Below are positions 1-10,160 of a stretch of 64,000 bases of DNA, piece by piece. Positions within the stretch are counted from its first letter, which is position 1; each line of letters begins with the position of its first letter. The notes beneath the pieces are model-generated. The model saw nothing but the letters and a program-made list of their open reading frames with translations, did no database searches and had not been told where the DNA came from. Made by a program: the position numbers and the translations under genes. The DNA is from Gammaproteobacteria bacterium (GTDB lineage: Bacteria; Pseudomonadota; Gammaproteobacteria; DSM-19610), in NCBI GenBank assembly GCA_050118435.1, contig JASFKW010000003.1:5889-69888 (forward strand), given 5' to 3'.

Positions 1-185
1 GAGCCGGACTCCGTGGACCCAGAGCGGTGTGGTCAAGGCCGGGCTGGGCGCTCTTCGTAGGCGAGCCGGTTGGGAATCCCCGTGAGCGCATCGGTCAGGG
101 CCTGCCGGTGCTCCTGGCGCACCCGCAGGCGCAGCGTCGCCGCTTCCTGCTGTTGTCGCTCCCTGTTCACGCGCCAGGTCCCTGA

Positions 186-989
186 TCAGGTGTGCAGCTG
201 CACGCCCTCCGGCAGCATCACCTGCATGGAGATCGGCAGATGGTCCGACAGCGGATAGTTGAGCACTTCGGCGCGCTCCACCTGTACCGTGGGTGTCACC
301 AGGATGTGATCGATGTTGCGCTTGGGTCGCCAGCTTGGGAAGGTGTGCAGCCCGTGCAGCGGCTCGCTCATCAGGGTCCGGTTCACAAGCAGCTCGATCT
401 CTTCGCTGTCGGAGCGGCAATTCAGGTCGCCCATCATCACCACATGGCGATAGTCGTTTACCAGGTCGCTCAGATAGTCCAGCTGGCTGAGGCGGCCGCG
501 GCGACTGAGGGCCAGGTGCACGATCAGCACCACCAGCGATTCCTCCCCCTCCCCGAAATGCACCGCCATGGCGCCGCGCCCGGGCAGACGTCCGGGCAGC
601 TTGTGCTCGGTGATGCCGCTCGGCTTGTAGCGGCTCAACACACCGAGGCTGTGCCTGGCAAATTGCCCGATGCGCCGGTTGGTCTGGTCGTCCCAGTACG
701 GGAACCCCGCGGCATTGGCCAGGTACTCGGTGATATTAATGAAACCGCTGCGCGCACTGCCCGCGTCGGCTTCCTGCACGCCCACCACGTCATATTCACT
801 CATCAGTTGGGCGATGCGGTCCAGGTTGTCGAAGCGCTGCGGATGGTGCAGCACGTGCTTCCAGCTGTGGGTAAAGTACTGGCGGTAGCGCCGGGTGGTA
901 ATGCCAATCTGTATGTTGTAACTCAACAGGCGCAGCGTTCGTGCCACTGCGGGCGACGCCTTGCTGACATTGGCCGCGGTTTTCGACAT
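186..989 (-). CDS. endonuclease/exonuclease/phosphatase (EEP) family protein
   Basis: Track ORF 186..1064 trimmed to the ATG at 989 (MSKTAANV...), because the 5' extension overlaps the stop (995) of the upstream gene. EEP-like motifs LLSYNIQ, GVQEAD, GDLNC, SDHLPI. Confidence 0.75.
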   Translation of the reverse strand: MSKTAANVSKASPAVARTLRLLSYNIQIGITTRRYRQYFTHSWKHVLHHPQRFDNLDRIAQLMSEYDVVGVQEADAGSARSGFINITEYLANAAGFPYWDDQTNRRIGQFARHSLGVLSRYKPSGITEHKLPGRLPGRGAMAVHFGEGEESLVVLIVHLALSRRGRLSQLDYLSDLVNDYRHVVMMGDLNCRSDSEEIELLVNRTLMSEPLHGLHTFPSWRPKRNIDHILVTPTVQVERAEVLNYPLSDHLPISMQVMLPEGVQLHT

Positions 990-994
990 GTGGC

Positions 995-2626
995 TCAGAG
1001 GGGAGAAACCAGGTTGCCCAGTTGTTCTGTCAATTTGAGATTCTCGCTGTAATCGACGGGACAATCGATGATGGTTACGGTCGGCTGTGCCACGGCATCC
1101 TTAAGGACGTCCTGCAGCTGTCCGGGCCCGTCTATCCGATAACCTTTGCCGCCGAACGCCTCCGCGTACTTCACAAAGTCCGGATTGCCGAAGTCGACAT
1201 GGGAAGCTCGCTTGAACTGATTCAGCTGCTTCCACTCGATCAACCCGTAGCCGCCGTCGTTCCAGATCAGAATGACGATCGGGACCTGCAGGCGCACGGC
1301 GGTTTCGATTTCCTGCGAATTCATCAGAAAACCGGCATCGCCCGTCACAGCAACCACGGAGCGGTCCGGATAGACCATTTTAGCAGCAATGGCCCCGGGA
1401 ACGGCGATTCCCATGCTGGCGAAGCCGTTGGAAATGATACAGGTGTTGGGCTCCTCGCAACGGAACATGCGCGCCATCCACATTTTGTGCGCACCGACAT
1501 CGCAGATGACGATGTCGTCGAGCTCCAGCACGGTGCGGAGATCCCAGATGATTTTCTGCGGCTTGACAGGGAATTCGCGGTCGTCGCGGTGGCGGTTCAT
1601 TTCCTCGATCAACAGCTCACGCAGCGGCCGCATGAGATGGCCCTGGTGGGGTGTGGCGAGCTCGGCGATGCGCAGGAGACTGTGCTTGATGTCACCGAGC
1701 ACGCCCACGGTGACATTGTAGTGCTCGTCGACCTCGGCCTGCGTACGGTCGATATGGATGATGGTGCGATCGCGCGTGGGGTGCCAGAGATAGGGATGGT
1801 ACTCCACCAAATCATAACCGATGCACAGGATGACGTCGGCACGGCTGAACCCGCAGCTGATATAGTCATTGGCCTGCAGGCCTGCGCTCGACAGCGAAGT
1901 CCGGTTGCGAAACGGTACCACGCCCTTGGCCATGAAGGTGTTGGCCACCGGAATGTTGAGCCGTTCGGCGAAGTCGGCCAAGTGTTTCCATGCACCCGCC
2001 CGCACCACGCCGTTGCCGGCGAGGATCATCGGGTTGCGCGCCGCGGAGATCAGCTCCGCGGCCTTTTCGACCTGCAGCTGGGCCGGTTCGGGCGCAAAGG
2101 GATAATTCACCGGCAGCGGTCCGCCCGGCGCCGGCAGCTTGGCGACGTCTTCGGGCAGCTCGATGAAGACGGCGCCGGTCTTTTCCGACTGAGCCACCTT
2201 AAAGGCCTTGCGCACCACCTCGGGAATCACGTCCGGGCTCAGCACCCGGGAGGAATATTTGCTGATCGGGCGGAACAGCTCTTCCAGGTCGAGGACCTGG
2301 TGGGACTCCTTATGCAGCCGATTGGTGGCCGCCTGCCCGGCGATCGAGACCAGCGGAGCATGGTCCATGTTCGCGTCCGCCACGCCCGTGACCAGGTTCG
2401 TCGCCCCGGGCCCCAGGGTGGACAGACAGACACCGGCCCGACCGGTCAGACGTCCGTAGACATCCGCCATGAAAGCGGCACCCTGTTCGTGCCGCGTGGT
2501 GACAAAGCGAATGCTGGAATCGAGCAGCGCGTCCATGAGATCCAGGTTTTCCTCACCTGGCACGCCGAAGATGTATTCCACACCCTCGTTCTCGAGACAC
2601 TTCACGAACAGCTGCGCAGCATTCAT
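995..2626 (-). CDS. thiamine-diphosphate enzyme, acetolactate synthase large-subunit family
   Basis: 543 aa. Motifs FGVPGEENL, TRHEQGAAFMADVYGR, GPGATN and a C-terminal ThDP-binding GDAGFLMNSQE...NDGGYG. No small-subunit gene is adjacent. Confidence 0.8.
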   Translation of the reverse strand: MNAAQLFVKCLENEGVEYIFGVPGEENLDLMDALLDSSIRFVTTRHEQGAAFMADVYGRLTGRAGVCLSTLGPGATNLVTGVADANMDHAPLVSIAGQAATNRLHKESHQVLDLEELFRPISKYSSRVLSPDVIPEVVRKAFKVAQSEKTGAVFIELPEDVAKLPAPGGPLPVNYPFAPEPAQLQVEKAAELISAARNPMILAGNGVVRAGAWKHLADFAERLNIPVANTFMAKGVVPFRNRTSLSSAGLQANDYISCGFSRADVILCIGYDLVEYHPYLWHPTRDRTIIHIDRTQAEVDEHYNVTVGVLGDIKHSLLRIAELATPHQGHLMRPLRELLIEEMNRHRDDREFPVKPQKIIWDLRTVLELDDIVICDVGAHKMWMARMFRCEEPNTCIISNGFASMGIAVPGAIAAKMVYPDRSVVAVTGDAGFLMNSQEIETAVRLQVPIVILIWNDGGYGLIEWKQLNQFKRASHVDFGNPDFVKYAEAFGGKGYRIDGPGQLQDVLKDAVAQPTVTIIDCPVDYSENLKLTEQLGNLVSPL

Positions 2627-2704
2627 CGGGGATTCCGAGTACCGCTCACACGCCCCGGCCGGCTTTCGAGGCGCTCCGGACGCCGCTGGGGGCCGGCACC
2701 CGCG

Positions 2705-3355
2705 CTAGGGCTCGCTGGCAGGTGCCAGCGCCTCGGAGCTGGATGCGGCGCGCTCCTTCGCCACCAGAAAGTCCACGACCTCCAGCATCTCCTTGTTGCC
2801 ACCCGCCATTTTCGCGGAAACCACATATTTGCCATCGACAATCAGCACCGGCACGCCGGTAATTCCGTACATGGCCCGGGCCTGCCGGGCCCGATTGGTT
2901 TTGGTGACCACCGCGAAGGACTGAAAGGTCCGGTCGAAGTCCTCTGCCGAAATCCCCTGGTCGACGAAGAACGCCTTCAACTCTGCGACATTGCGGATCG
3001 GCTTGCGCTGCTTGTGAATGCGCTCGAACAGGGGTCCGTGGATCCTGTCCTCCACGTCCAGCAGCTGAGCCGTGTAGTAGGCCCTCGCCAGCAGCTCCCA
3101 GCTCGCCCCCAGGACCGCGGGCATGCGGACGAATTCGACATCATCCGGTTTCTCTTCCAGCCAGGCCTCGATCTGCGGCTCGAGGTGGTAGCAGTGCGGG
3201 CAGCCGTACCAGAACAGCTCGCGCACCTCGATCTTGTCGGGCGTGTCGGTCGGCTGCGCCTTGGCGAGCAGCGTATAGTCGATGCCTTCGTCGTAATCGG
3301 CGTAGACCAGCGGTGCGATCAGCACCAGAGCAGCCAGCTTGACCCAGAATTTCAT
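2705..3355 (-). CDS. dsbA: thiol:disulfide interchange protein DsbA
   Basis: Track ORF trimmed to ATG 3355 (MKFWVKLAALVLIAPLVYA signal peptide). CPHC active site. Lies next to cytochrome c4, as I recall for Pseudomonas. Confidence 0.85.
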   Translation of the reverse strand: MKFWVKLAALVLIAPLVYADYDEGIDYTLLAKAQPTDTPDKIEVRELFWYGCPHCYHLEPQIEAWLEEKPDDVEFVRMPAVLGASWELLARAYYTAQLLDVEDRIHGPLFERIHKQRKPIRNVAELKAFFVDQGISAEDFDRTFQSFAVVTKTNRARQARAMYGITGVPVLIVDGKYVVSAKMAGGNKEMLEVVDFLVAKERAASSSEALAPASEP

Positions 3356-3591
3356 TTTGCCTCTCCCTCGTCTCAAAGTTCGCCGTACGCGCTCCATCCG
3401 GACACAGGATTTTAACGCCGGGCGACGCGAAAAGGTGACCGATCAGCGGGAAATGATGCGATGCCGGCCGTCGGCGCGCCCGGCCGGGAGCCCGTCGCGC
3501 AGAACGCGGCTCGCGCCGTGCGCCCCGGATGGTGGATGACACCCGGTCGGAAAAAGCAATGCCGCCGACGACGAGCGATCGGTGCCCTCGC

Positions 3592-4203
3592 TCAGTGGAG
3601 CCCCTCGATGTAGGACGACACGGCCTCGATCTCCTGGTCCGTCATCTTCGCGGCGGTGTTGCGCATCATTTTATTGGCGTCGTTTGACCGTTCACCGTTC
3701 TTGAATGCATGGAGCTGATTTGCCACGTATTTTGCGTGCTGGCCGCTCAGGGAAGGGAAATACGCCGGGGGATTGCCACGCCCTGCGGGGCCGTGACAGC
3801 CGATGCAGGCGGCGACGCCGGTGGAGGCGTTGCCACCCCGGTAGATTTTCTCGCCGAGCTCGACCAGCGCTTCCTCCGCAGCACCGATCTGAATGGTCTG
3901 GAGCCCGTAATAGGCCGCAAGGTCGGCCATGTCCTGTTCACTCAGCGACGCCACCATGGGGGCCATCATCGCATTGCTGCGCTCCTCGCCGGCCTTGAAA
4001 TCCTTTAACTGCTTCTCCAGATAGCGGGGATGCTGTCCCGCGAGCTTTGGCCACTCAGGATTCGCGCTGTTACCGTCGACCCCATGACAGCCCGCGCAGG
4101 TCGCCGACTTTGCCTTTCCCGCCTCGGGGTCGCCCGCAGCCACGGTCTTGGGGACACCGCTGACCAGAGAAACAGTTACTGCAAAAACAAGCCAGGTTTT
4201 CAT
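3592..4203 (-). CDS. cc4: diheme cytochrome c4
   Basis: Track ORF 3592..4464 trimmed to ATG 4203 ([16 protein letters not shown] signal peptide). Two CxxCH motifs (CAGCH, CIGCH), each followed by a distal Met region. Confidence 0.85.
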   Translation of the reverse strand: MKTWLVFAVTVSLVSGVPKTVAAGDPEAGKAKSATCAGCHGVDGNSANPEWPKLAGQHPRYLEKQLKDFKAGEERSNAMMAPMVASLSEQDMADLAAYYGLQTIQIGAAEEALVELGEKIYRGGNASTGVAACIGCHGPAGRGNPPAYFPSLSGQHAKYVANQLHAFKNGERSNDANKMMRNTAAKMTDQEIEAVSSYIEGLH

Positions 4204-4631
4204 CTCGCTTTGATCTCCAAACACGCTACGGGACGGGATCCCGTGGCCCGGGAGCTGCTGCCGGTGCAGACAGGCGCTGCGAAAGCGCCAAAGATGAATG
4301 CGCACGCGCGCATCATAAAACGTCCACCAACCAGGCGCCTCGAGTCGGGCACGGCTGCCCTCGGCGAGCCAGGTTTGTGCCACGGGCAGACCAGCCAGCC
4401 AAGCCGCCGGTCCCCCATCCAAAAAAGAGCCCAACTGTATACCAGCGGGCACTCGGATGGTCAACCGAAGCAGCGCCGCCGCTTTTCCGCCACCGGCCCC
4501 GACAGCCAGGCCCCGCCTTCGCCCACACTTCGTATCGCCCCCGGTCGGCCGCCGTGGCCGCCAGAACCATTGCCGCCGGTGTGTGTCGGACGCCGGCCGT
4601 GTGGGCCTGCGAGATATGCGAGAATGCAGCG

Positions 4632-5228
4632 ATGAAACCGAAGCTCAACCAGGCCCGCTTCCTTACCAGTGCGCCGCGCAGCGCGATGGCACCGCCAGAC
4701 ACCGGGGCCGAGGTTGCCTTCGCGGGGCGCTCCAATGCCGGCAAGTCCAGCGCCCTGAACGCCATTGTCCATCAGCGCACGCTGGCTCGGGCGAGCAAAA
4801 CCCCGGGACGTACGCGGCTCATCAACTTTTTCGCGCTGGACGAGAGCCGGCGCCTCGTCGATCTGCCCGGTTACGGCTACGCCCGGGTGCCCCAGGCCGT
4901 GAAGACCGAGTGGCAGCGTCACCTGGCCGAGTACCTCCAGACCCGGACTTCGCTGCGCGGCCTGATCCTGCTGGTGGACTGCCGTCACCCCCTCACGGAG
5001 TACGATCAGCAAATGCTTCGCTGGTGCGCCGCCGCCGGGCTTCCGGTCCACGTGCTGCTGACCAAGGCGGACAAGCTCGGTCGCGGTCCCGCCGCCGCGA
5101 GCCTGCTCGGGGTGCGCCGTCGCCTGGGAGGGCTGCATGCCGGGGCCACGGCCCAGTTGTTCTCAGCGCACAGGAAGGAGGGCGTGGACGAAGCGCGCGA
5201 AGTCATAGACCGTTGGCTGACCGAGTGA
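4632..5228 (+). CDS. engB: ribosome-biogenesis GTPase EngB/YihA
   Basis: In-frame ATG at 4632 ([14 protein letters not shown]). GTPase motifs [20 protein letters not shown]. Confidence 0.85.
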   Translation: MKPKLNQARFLTSAPRSAMAPPDTGAEVAFAGRSNAGKSSALNAIVHQRTLARASKTPGRTRLINFFALDESRRLVDLPGYGYARVPQAVKTEWQRHLAEYLQTRTSLRGLILLVDCRHPLTEYDQQMLRWCAAAGLPVHVLLTKADKLGRGPAAASLLGVRRRLGGLHAGATAQLFSAHRKEGVDEAREVIDRWLTE

Positions 5229-5340
5229 GCCGAAGGAGCCCCAGAAGCCGGCTCTCCCTGCCCGGCTCTGGATCCGCGGCTCACCGCTCAGCGCAGGCCG
5301 GCGCCACTCCGTTTGCCGTCGCCCGAGGCTGCAGCGACCA

Positions 5341-5381
5341 AAAAAAAACCCCGGAGTGCAAGGGGGGGAAGCACCGGGGTT
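5341..5381 (-). terminator. intrinsic terminator (minus strand)
   Basis: Minus strand reads aaCCCCGGtgcttcccccccttgcactCCGGGGtttttttt. GC stem followed by a run of eight T. Confidence 0.6.
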
Positions 5382-5465
5382 AAGTATACCCGGCTTGGGG
5401 AAACCGGGTTGGAGGAATTCCCGCTCTCTTCATCGCGAACGGGGAGCATCTGCCAATGACCACTC
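5341..5465 (-). ncRNA. candidate Spot 42/ErsA-like small RNA in the polA-engB intergenic region
   Basis: No plausible ORF. Bounded upstream by a sigma-E-type promoter and downstream by a GC hairpin plus T8 on the minus strand. Same locus as spf (E. coli) and ErsA (P. aeruginosa). Contains a CCUCC stretch (complement of 5411..5415). Confidence 0.5.
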
Positions 5466-5471
5466 CATCAG

Positions 5472-5498
5472 TTAGACCGAACGTCCTGCTCTTAGTTC
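5472..5498 (-). promoter_or_regulatory. sigma-E (RpoE/AlgU)-type promoter
   Basis: Minus strand reads cGAACTA-N16-TCTAA, compared with the remembered consensus GGAACTT-N16-TCnAA. Confidence 0.45.
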
Positions 5499-5667
5499 GA
5501 TTGCGCTTCCCTCGCGTCGTTCGTCCATCAGGACGGTGTTGCTCACTGAGTCCTACTATAGAACATTTGGTATACAAATGGCTAGTAAACGAAAGTCAAC
5601 AGCGTCGTATTTACTCCCTAAGCCACTCACTCCAAGACACTTTTTAAACGGACCCCTGCACGAAAGT

Positions 5668-8370
5668 TTAGTGCGCCTCGTCCCAATTGTCGCCGATTCC
5701 GACCTCGACCACCAGCGGCACGGACACCTGGGCCGCCTGTTGCATGTACGCCCGGATCTGTGCTTTGGCATGCTCACAGGCCTCGGCCGGAACCTCGAAG
5801 ACCAGCTCGTCGTGGACCTGCATGATCATGCTGACGCCGCTGCCGGTGCTTTTAATCCATTCTGATACGGAAAGCATGGCTTTTTTGATGATATCCGCGG
5901 CGGTTCCCTGCATGGGCGCATTGATCGCGGTGCGCTCGGCGGCCTGGCGCCGCTGCATGTTACCCGCCTTGATGTCCGGCAGGTACAGGCGTCTCCCGAA
6001 CAGGGTTTCCACATAACCCTGCTCCCGCGCCAGGGCCCGCGTGGAGTCCATGTACGCCCTGACCCCCGGGTAGCGCTCGAAATAGAGATCCACATACCGC
6101 TGCGCCTGACCGCGCTCGATGCCGAGCTGCCTCGCCAGGCCAAACGCGGACATGCCGTAAATCAGCCCGAAATTGATGGCCTTGGCCGAGCGCCGCTGCT
6201 CCGACGTGACGCGCTCCGGGTCGCTGCCGAACACCTCGGCCGCGGTGGCGCGGTGGATGTCCTCGCCGCGTGCAAAGGCCTGCATCAGGCCGGCATCCCC
6301 GGAAAGGTGCGCCATGATACGCAGCTCGATCTGCGAGTAGTCGGCCGCCAGGATCCGCCGTCCCGGCTCGGCGATGAACGCCTGCCGGATGCGACGGCCC
6401 TCCGCGGTACGGATCGGGATGTTCTGCAGGTTGGGATCCGAGGAAGACAGCCGCCCCGTCGCCGCCACTGCCTGATGGTACGAGGTATGCACCCGTCCGG
6501 TTTCCGGATTGACCTGCTCGGGGAGCCGGTCCGTGTAGGTCGATTTCAGTTTGCTCAGGGAACGGTGTTGGAGAATCAGCCGGGGCAATGGGTAATCCAG
6601 CGCCAGCTCCTGCAGCACCGACTCCGCTGTCGAAGGTGCGCCCTTGGGTGTCCTGGCAAGCACCGGGAGTCGCTGAAGATCGTAGAGGATGGCCTGAATC
6701 TGCTTGGGCGACCCGAGGTTGAACGGCTCACCGGCGAGCGCATGCGCTTCGCGCTCCACCTCCTGCATGCGCTCTGCCAACTCTGCGCTCTGGCGGGCCA
6801 GCATCGGCACGTCGACCCTGACTCCGGTCCGCTCCATGTCCCCCAGCACCGCGAGCAGGGGAAGCTCAACCTCTTCGAAGAGCTGTTTCAGGCGTGGCTG
6901 GGACGACAGGCGCGGCCACAGCACCTGGTGCAGCCGCAGGGTCATGTCGGCGTCCTCGGCCGCATAGGGCACCGCCTGCTCCAGCGCCACCTGGTTGAAG
7001 CTCAACTGCTTCGCCCCCTTGCCGGCCACGTCCTCGAACCGGATATTGGTGTGGCCAAGACAGCGCTCGCTGAGGGAATCCAGATCGTGGCGGCTGGCGG
7101 TGCTGTCGAGCACATAGGATTCCAGCATGGTGTCGTAGGCGATGCCCTGCAGGTGGATACCGTGATTGGCCAGCACGCTGCGATCGTACTTGAGGTGGTG
7201 TCCGAGCTTGGTCCGGCGCTCGTCTTCGAGCAGCGGCCGCAGCAGTGTCAGGACCCGGTCGCGGTCGAGCTGCTGCGGAGCGCCGGGGTAGTCGTGGGCG
7301 ACCGGCAGGTACGCCGCCTGCCCGCGCTCGATGGCGAACGACAGGCCGACGATCCGGGCGCGCATATAGTCCAGACTCGTGGTTTCGGTGTCGAACGCGA
7401 ACAACTCCGCCCGCTCCAGCCGCTGCAGCCACTCGCGCAGTGCCTGCTCGGTCAGAATGACCTGATAGTCGCCCTCCGGTGGCGCAGGCTGGGTCGCGTC
7501 GCCGTCACCGTCGGCATCCAGTTGCTTGAGCCAGCTTTTGAACTCCAGTCGCTCGAGCCAGGTACGCAGAGCGCTGGTGTCCGGCGCCTCCCGGGTCAGC
7601 TGGTCCGGCTCGACGTCGAGTTCCAGGTCACAACGCACGGTGGCGAGCGCCTTCGACAGCTCGAGCTGATCGAGATGCGCACGCAGGTTTTCACCGACCT
7701 TGCCCTTGATCTCACCGGCGTGGGCGACGATCTCATCGAGTGAGCCGTACTGACTCAGCCAGCGGGCGGCGGTCTTGGGCCCGACTTTGGGCACCCCGGG
7801 TATGTTGTCGACCGGATCCCCGACCAGGGCCAGATAGTCGATCATCTGGCCCGGCGTCACTCCGAACTTCTCCTCCACGCTCTGCACATCCAGCACCGTG
7901 TCGTTCATGGTGTTGATCAGGGTGACGCGATCGTTGACCAGCTGCGCGAGGTCCTTGTCACCGGTGGAAATCACCGTCCGCCACCCCTGCGACGTGGCCT
8001 GCCCGGCGAGCGTGCCGATGACGTCGTCCGCCTCGACACGGGGGACCTGGAGCAGCGGCAGGCCCATCGCCCGAATCACTTCCAGCAACGGCTCGACCTG
8101 GGCCGAGAGCTCTTCGGGCATCGGCGGGCGATGGGCCTTGTATTCGGCGTAGATGTCGTCGCGGAAGGTCTTGCCCCTGGCGTCGAAGACCACCGCCATG
8201 TGGCGCGGATCATAGGTGTCGATCAGCTTTCGCAGCATGTTCAGCACCCCGTATACAGCGCCGGTCTGCTCACCCCGGCTGTTGCTCAGTCCGGGCAGCG
8301 CGTGGAAGGCCCGGTACAGATACGAGGAGCCGTCGACCAGGATAAAGGGAGGCTTTTGCTCGGCCGTCAT
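5668..8370 (-). CDS. polA: DNA polymerase I
   Basis: Track ORF trimmed to ATG 8370 ([22 protein letters not shown]). 5'-3' exonuclease N-terminus, 3'-5' exonuclease (FDTETTSL) and polymerase motifs ([17 protein letters not shown]). Confidence 0.95.
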   Translation of the reverse strand: MTAEQKPPFILVDGSSYLYRAFHALPGLSNSRGEQTGAVYGVLNMLRKLIDTYDPRHMAVVFDARGKTFRDDIYAEYKAHRPPMPEELSAQVEPLLEVIRAMGLPLLQVPRVEADDVIGTLAGQATSQGWRTVISTGDKDLAQLVNDRVTLINTMNDTVLDVQSVEEKFGVTPGQMIDYLALVGDPVDNIPGVPKVGPKTAARWLSQYGSLDEIVAHAGEIKGKVGENLRAHLDQLELSKALATVRCDLELDVEPDQLTREAPDTSALRTWLERLEFKSWLKQLDADGDGDATQPAPPEGDYQVILTEQALREWLQRLERAELFAFDTETTSLDYMRARIVGLSFAIERGQAAYLPVAHDYPGAPQQLDRDRVLTLLRPLLEDERRTKLGHHLKYDRSVLANHGIHLQGIAYDTMLESYVLDSTASRHDLDSLSERCLGHTNIRFEDVAGKGAKQLSFNQVALEQAVPYAAEDADMTLRLHQVLWPRLSSQPRLKQLFEEVELPLLAVLGDMERTGVRVDVPMLARQSAELAERMQEVEREAHALAGEPFNLGSPKQIQAILYDLQRLPVLARTPKGAPSTAESVLQELALDYPLPRLILQHRSLSKLKSTYTDRLPEQVNPETGRVHTSYHQAVAATGRLSSSDPNLQNIPIRTAEGRRIRQAFIAEPGRRILAADYSQIELRIMAHLSGDAGLMQAFARGEDIHRATAAEVFGSDPERVTSEQRRSAKAINFGLIYGMSAFGLARQLGIERGQAQRYVDLYFERYPGVRAYMDSTRALAREQGYVETLFGRRLYLPDIKAGNMQRRQAAERTAINAPMQGTAADIIKKAMLSVSEWIKSTGSGVSMIMQVHDELVFEVPAEACEHAKAQIRAYMQQAAQVSVPLVVEVGIGDNWDEAH

Positions 8371-8456
8371 AGTGAACGTCTCGGTTTGACAGGGGTGCGA
8401 TGGTATCATTCCAGCGTTCGGCACGGGCCGAGCGAGCGCACACTAGGACAGCCTGA

Positions 8457-9182
8457 ATGAACCAACAGTCTCGACGCCGACACCCCGGTCTGGCGCCGCT
8501 CAATGACGCTCAGTTGAGCCGCGAGTCATGGAAAATCTTTCAGATCATGGCCGAGTTCGTGGAGGGCTTCGAGCGGCTGGCGCAGATCAGGCCCTCGGTC
8601 AGCATCTTCGGGTCCGCCCGCACCCCCACCGACCACCCCTATTACCGGCTCGCCGAGGAAATCGCGCGGGAGCTGTCGGAGGCCGGCTTTTCAGTGCTGA
8701 GCGGCGGCGGTCCCGGCATCATGGAGGCGGCCAACAAGGGTGCCTTCGCCGGCCCCTCGCCGAGCATCGGTCTGAATATCATCCTGCCCCACGAGCAGGT
8801 GGGCAACGCCTACCAGGACATCGCCCTGAATTTCCGGCATTTCTTCTCCCGCAAGGTGATGTTCGTCAAGTACGCTTCCGCCTACGTGGTGCTGCCCGGC
8901 GGCTTCGGCACGCTGGACGAGCTGGCCGAGATCCTGACCCTGGTGCAGACCGGCAAAACGCGCCGCATTCCGATCGTTCTGGTCCATCGGCCGTTCTGGG
9001 AGGGTCTCGTCAGCTGGCTCAGGGGCACCCTCACGCGCGAGCAGACCATCAACCCGGAAGACCTCGATCTGTTTCAGATCCTGGACAAGCCGCACGAAGT
9101 GGTGGATGCTATTTTTGCACACTATGACAAACGCGGATTCGAGCCCTCGCCCCGCGAGCAGGAAATCCTGCTGGACCTCTGA
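8457..9182 (+). CDS. LOG-family (TIGR00730-type) Rossmann-fold nucleotide-binding protein
   Basis: Motifs GGGPGIMEAANKGA and PGGFGTLDEL. Divergent from polA. Confidence 0.8.
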   Translation: MNQQSRRRHPGLAPLNDAQLSRESWKIFQIMAEFVEGFERLAQIRPSVSIFGSARTPTDHPYYRLAEEIARELSEAGFSVLSGGGPGIMEAANKGAFAGPSPSIGLNIILPHEQVGNAYQDIALNFRHFFSRKVMFVKYASAYVVLPGGFGTLDELAEILTLVQTGKTRRIPIVLVHRPFWEGLVSWLRGTLTREQTINPEDLDLFQILDKPHEVVDAIFAHYDKRGFEPSPREQEILLDL

Positions 9183-9200
9183 AAACCGGGGAGCGCGACC

Positions 9201-9518
9201 ATGAAAGTCCTGCATCTGTTGACCCCTCTGGCGCTGTGCTGGGGTGCCGCCACCCTGGCAGAGGCACCGGCCGAGCTGCCCCCGCCGCCCATGACGGAGG
9301 AGGAGGAAATCGAGCCCGAGGTCAAGATCATCAAGCGCGAGGACAAGACCATCGAGGAATATCGCGTCAACGGCAAGCTGTACATGATCAAGGTGACGCC
9401 TAAAAACGCCCCACCCTACTACCTCATCGACACCAACGGCGACGGCACGATGGAGGCTTCGCGCACCGAGATCGAGCCCGATCTTATGATACCCCGGTGG
9501 GTTCTGTTCCGCTGGTAG
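9201..9518 (+). CDS. small secreted protein, DUF2782-like
   Basis: 105 aa. Signal peptide MKVLHLLTPLALCWGAATLAEA, acidic linker, EEYRVNGKLYMIKVTPK core. Family name is recalled from memory, not verified. Confidence 0.55.
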   Translation: MKVLHLLTPLALCWGAATLAEAPAELPPPPMTEEEEIEPEVKIIKREDKTIEEYRVNGKLYMIKVTPKNAPPYYLIDTNGDGTMEASRTEIEPDLMIPRWVLFRW

Positions 9519-9632
9519 GACCCTGACGCTGCCGGCCCCGCCCCGGCGGTGCGACCCTCGGCCACGACGCGCGGCGGCGAATGCCTCCTCCCGCCGCTGA
9601 CTGGCGCGCGAAGCCGGTTATAATCCGGGCCC

Positions 9633-10160
9633 ATGTCTCGATGCGCCCTGCACAGGCTGTCCACCGCGCTGGGTCGTGTGGCCGAGTCGGTCGGCAATGT
9701 GGCGGGCTGGCTGGCGCTTGCACTGGTGCTGGTGACTTTCGCGGTGGTCGTGCTTCGCTACCTGTTCGAGGTCGGCTGGATCGCCATGCAGGAATCCATC
9801 CTCTACCTGCACGCGAGTCTGTTCCTTCTGGGGGCCGCCTATACCCTCAACAAAGACGGCCACGTCCGCGTGGACATCTTCTACCGCGGCTTCGCGCCCC
9901 GGCGCAAGGCCCTGGTGGATCTGCTCGGCGCGCTGTTCCTGCTGCTGCCGGTGTGCAGCTTCCTGCTGTGGGTGAGCTGGGGCTATGCGGTCAGGGCCTG
10001 GTCGCTGCGCGAAGGCTCGCCCGAAGCCGGCGGTCTGCCCTTCGTCTATCTGTTGAAGACCCTGATCCCCGTGGCGGCGCTGCTGTTGATCCTGCAGGGG
10101 ATCAGCCAGGCCCTCGCCAGCCTGTCCATACTTTTCCGCCGGAAGAACGGCACGGGATGA
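9633..10160 (+). CDS. TRAP transporter small permease (DctQ-type)
   Basis: 175 aa with four hydrophobic segments. ATGA overlap with the large permease gene. Confidence 0.75.
   Translation: MSRCALHRLSTALGRVAESVGNVAGWLALALVLVTFAVVVLRYLFEVGWIAMQESILYLHASLFLLGAAYTLNKDGHVRVDIFYRGFAPRRKALVDLLGALFLLLPVCSFLLWVSWGYAVRAWSLREGSPEAGGLPFVYLLKTLIPVAALLLILQGISQALASLSILFRRKNGTG

Noticed and set aside
33-185. A 50-codon open frame on the minus strand reads ...RQEHRQALTDALTGIPNRLAYEERPARP*. It resembles the linker and first motif (D-x-LTG-x-P-NR) of a GGDEF domain.
   Set aside because: There is no start codon, it lies between two in-frame stops (186 and 33), and the continuation in the other frames does not look like a GGDEF domain. 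It may be a relic or chance. The window edge prevents a decision.
1022-3415. Very long ORFs antisense to real genes. Examples: 1022..3415 (797 aa), 13728..15734, 17749..19557, 26206..28746, 42532..44583, 50456..51166 (the upstream extension of dnaA), 56061..57344, 58779..60695, 61863..62933, 63148..63963.
   Set aside because: Each lies opposite or overlaps a gene with clear family motifs. Their translations are Arg/Gly/Ala/Pro-rich low-complexity strings with no motifs. Stop-codon-poor antisense frames are expected in high-GC DNA.
4204-4631. A 428-bp gap between cytochrome c4 and engB. The c4 frame stays open for 87 codons upstream of the signal-peptide ATG. Pseudomonas carries a cytochrome c5 gene at this position.
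   Set aside because: There is no CxxCH motif or other recognisable motif in any frame. The true c4 start is defined by its signal peptide. I treat this as a non-coding promoter region or fully decayed DNA.
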